DNA from: Pirellulales bacterium
GTDB lineage: Bacteria; Planctomycetota; Planctomycetia; Pirellulales; JAICIG01
DNA length: 64,000 nucleotides
Direction: 5' to 3'
NCBI GenBank assembly: GCA_040901675.1
Contig: JBBDYJ010000017.1
Coordinates: 93,072-157,071 of the forward strand
Within the stretch, counting starts at the first letter, position 1. Every line of letters starts with the position of its first letter. Below the pieces are notes generated by a model. It worked only from the letters and a program-made list of their open reading frames with translations. It made no database searches and was not told the origin of the DNA. This document shows, one piece after another, positions 61,197-64,000 of this stretch. Both the position numbers and the translations under genes were made by a program.

Positions 61197-63881
61197 ATGG
61201 ATATCAATCTGAAGTCGCTGATTGGGAAGTTGAACGATACCTCGCGGCGTGCGCTGGAAAGCGCGGCCGGGCTGTGCCTGTCGCGCAGCAACTACAACGT
61301 GGAGGTCGAGCACTGGCTGCTCAAGATCCTGGAGCTGAACGACTCGGACCTGGCCCGGCTGGCCCGATATTATGAGATCGACCAGTCGCGCCTGACGCGG
61401 GACCTGACTCGCGCGATCGATCGGCTGAAGACCGGCAACACCAGGCCCCCCGCGCTGTCGCCCAAGATCGTCGATCTGGTGCGTGAGGCGTGGGTGCTGG
61501 CCTCGATCGAGTTCGGCACCGGCGCGGTGCGGACCGGGCACCTGCTCTTAGCGCTGTTGACGGCACCCGACCTGGCCCGGCAGGCGCGCGAGAGCATGCC
61601 CGACCTGGCCCGTATCTCGGCCGAGGCCCTGAAGCAGGAAATGCGCGACATCACCGCCGGATCGGTCGAGGACCAGGAGGCGGCCGAGCGGGCTGCCGAC
61701 GAGCCGGCCGCGGTGGGAGGCGGCAGGGCAGGGGGGCCGACGCCGGCCTTGGACCAGTACACCGTCGACCTGACGTTGCGCGCCCGGCAAGGCAAGATCG
61801 ATCCGGTGCTGGGGCGGGATTTCGAGATCCGGCAGGTGGTCGACATCCTGACGCGGCGGCGGCAGAACAACCCGATCCTGACCGGCGAGGCGGGCGTGGG
61901 CAAGACGGCCGTGGCGGAGGGCTTCGCCTTGCGGATCGCAGCCGACGACGTTCCGCCGCCGTTGAAGAACGTGGCGCTGCGCACGCTGGACCTGGGACTG
62001 CTGCAGGCGGGCGCCGGCGTGAAGGGGGAATTCGAGAACCGCCTGAAATCCGTGATCCAGGAAGTCAAGTCGTCGGCGCAGCCGATCATCCTGTTCATCG
62101 ACGAGGCGCACACCATGATCGGGGCCGGCGGCCAGGCGGGGCAGGGCGACGCCGCCAACCTGCTCAAGCCGGCGCTGGCGCGGGGCGAGCTGCGGACGAT
62201 CGCGGCCACCACCTGGTCGGAGTACAAAAAGTACTTCGAGAAGGACGCGGCCCTGGCGCGGCGGTTCCAGGTGGTCAAGGTCGAGGAGCCGATTGAGGAT
62301 CAGGCGACCGTGATGATGCGCGGGCTGGCGGCCACGCTGGAGAAGCACCACGGGCTGCGGATCCTGGACGAGGCGATCCAGGACGCGGTGCGGTTGTCGC
62401 ACAGGTACATCACGGGCCGGCAGCTTCCAGACAAGGCCGTGAGCCTGCTCGACACGGCCTGCGCACGCGTGGCGATCGGACATAGCGCGACACCGCCGGC
62501 GATCGAAGACCTGGGGCGGACGATCGATCAACTGGGGGTGCAGATCGACATTTTGAAGCGAGAAGCGGCCACGGGGGCGCGGCACGAGACGCGGCTGGAT
62601 GAATTGGCGGCTCAGAAGAAGAAGGCCGAAGCGGAGCTGGCGGAGCTGGATAAGCGCTGGAAGCAGGAAGCGGAGTTGGTGACGCAGATCCGCGAGATCC
62701 GCAAAGGGCTGGAAGCGCAGGCCGGCGACGGTGGGCCGGAGCCAGAGGCGGCTGGTGACGGTAAGGCGGGGGCGGCGGGCGACGGCGAGGCCCAGCGGCA
62801 GCTCGGCGAGTTGAGCAAGCTGGAAGGCCAACTGCGGGCACTGCAGGGAGAAAAGCCGCTGATGCAGGTCTGCGTCGACTCGCAGACGATCGCGGAGGTG
62901 GTTTCGGGCTGGACGGGCATCCCGGTGGGCAAGATGCTGACCGACGAGATCAAGACGGTGCTTTCGCTGAAGGAGAAGATGGAGGAACGGATCATCGGGC
63001 AGTCGCACGCCTTGGAGCACATTGCTCAGCGGATCCGCACGGCGCGGGCGAACCTGGTCGATCCGCGGCGTCCGATCGGCGTGTTCCTGATGGTCGGGCC
63101 CAGCGGCGTGGGCAAGACGGAGACGGCGATGACGCTGGCCGACATCCTGTACGGCGGCGAGCGGAACATGGTGGTGATCAACATGTCGGAGTACCAGGAG
63201 GCACACACGGTGTCGAGCCTGAAGGGTTCGCCGCCGGGCTACGTGGGGTACGGAGAAGGGGGGGTGTTGACCGAGGCCGTGCGGCGCAAGCCGTACAGCG
63301 TGGTGCTGCTGGACGAGATCGAGAAGGCGCACCAGGATGTGACGGAGTTGTTCTACCAGGTATTCGACAAGGGGACGCTGGAGGACGCCGAGGGTCGGGA
63401 GATCGACTTCAAGAACTGCGTGATCCTGCTGACCTCGAACGTGGGCACGGACACGGTGATGAAGTTGTGTGCCGATCCCGAGACGCGGCCCGAGCCGGCC
63501 GAGCTGGCCGAGGCGCTGCGGCCCGACTTGCTAAAAGTGTTCAAGCCGGCGTTCCTGGGCCGGATGACGGTGGTGCCGTATTACCCGCTGGCCGACGACG
63601 CGATGCGCCAGATTATTCGGCTACAACTGGGGCGGATTGCCACGCGGCTGTCGGACAACCACCGGGCCGACTTCGTGTACGACGACGGATTGATCGCGGC
63701 GGTGGCGGGACGCTGCCGGGAAGTGGAGAGCGGCGCCCGCAACGTAGACCACATCCTGACGCGGACGCTGTTGCCGGAGCTGTCGCGAGAGTTTCTGGCC
63801 CGGATGGCCGAGGGGACGGCGATCAGCCGGGTGCGGGTGTCGGTAAACCCGGCGGGCGCATTTCAGTACCAGATCGAGTGA
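61197..63881 (+). CDS. tssH: T6SS AAA+ ATPase ClpV
   Basis: RRRQNNPILTGEAGVGKT, LLQAGAGVKGEFENRL, GRQLPDKAVSLLDTACAR, GPSGVGKTETA, GSPPGYVGYGEGGVLTEAVR. Confidence 0.97.
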   Translation: MDINLKSLIGKLNDTSRRALESAAGLCLSRSNYNVEVEHWLLKILELNDSDLARLARYYEIDQSRLTRDLTRAIDRLKTGNTRPPALSPKIVDLVREAWVLASIEFGTGAVRTGHLLLALLTAPDLARQARESMPDLARISAEALKQEMRDITAGSVEDQEAAERAADEPAAVGGGRAGGPTPALDQYTVDLTLRARQGKIDPVLGRDFEIRQVVDILTRRRQNNPILTGEAGVGKTAVAEGFALRIAADDVPPPLKNVALRTLDLGLLQAGAGVKGEFENRLKSVIQEVKSSAQPIILFIDEAHTMIGAGGQAGQGDAANLLKPALARGELRTIAATTWSEYKKYFEKDAALARRFQVVKVEEPIEDQATVMMRGLAATLEKHHGLRILDEAIQDAVRLSHRYITGRQLPDKAVSLLDTACARVAIGHSATPPAIEDLGRTIDQLGVQIDILKREAATGARHETRLDELAAQKKKAEAELAELDKRWKQEAELVTQIREIRKGLEAQAGDGGPEPEAAGDGKAGAAGDGEAQRQLGELSKLEGQLRALQGEKPLMQVCVDSQTIAEVVSGWTGIPVGKMLTDEIKTVLSLKEKMEERIIGQSHALEHIAQRIRTARANLVDPRRPIGVFLMVGPSGVGKTETAMTLADILYGGERNMVVINMSEYQEAHTVSSLKGSPPGYVGYGEGGVLTEAVRRKPYSVVLLDEIEKAHQDVTELFYQVFDKGTLEDAEGREIDFKNCVILLTSNVGTDTVMKLCADPETRPEPAELAEALRPDLLKVFKPAFLGRMTVVPYYPLADDAMRQIIRLQLGRIATRLSDNHRADFVYDDGLIAAVAGRCREVESGARNVDHILTRTLLPELSREFLARMAEGTAISRVRVSVNPAGAFQYQIE

Positions 63882-64000
63882 TTTTGCGCTAATGCTTTTA
63901 GCCCGGCAAGCGGTTCGCCCCGGTTGCCCATCAACGGAGCATTGTGCCGTTGCAGCCCTTGTTACGGTTCGAGTTCTAAAGGAGCAGGTGCAAGACGGAT

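Overview
High-GC bacterial DNA with strong Planctomycetes (probably Pirellulales-like) hallmarks: a DUF1559 protein, an LEPRxLL extracellular signal, planctomycete-type ECF sigma factors and kinases, and sulfatases. Positions 1-31 kb are mostly housekeeping and envelope genes: two MacAB/TolC-like efflux loci, a xylose-isomerase-like/HAD operon, an LPS kinase, tRNA-Asp, ppk2, a csrA-like gene, purE, arfB and a GT87. Positions 32-44 kb hold a ~3,400-aa RHS/YD-repeat polymorphic protein. Its Hint domain is split by a two-TM insertion and it ends in a Gly/Pro-rich tip with no recognisable enzyme motif. The immunity-gene position holds an AT-richer Ser/Thr pseudokinase, followed by a scrambled RHS scar. 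Positions 49-64 kb are a type VI secretion cluster (tssA-B-C, hcp, tagJ, hcp, mini-hcp, methyltransferase, tssE-F-G, tssH/clpV). All three hcp copies share an ECF-type promoter motif. Intergenic DNA is full of REP-like palindromes and purine-rich microsatellites, including a 24-bp element nested inside other repeats. All calls come from reading motifs by eye; no searches were run.
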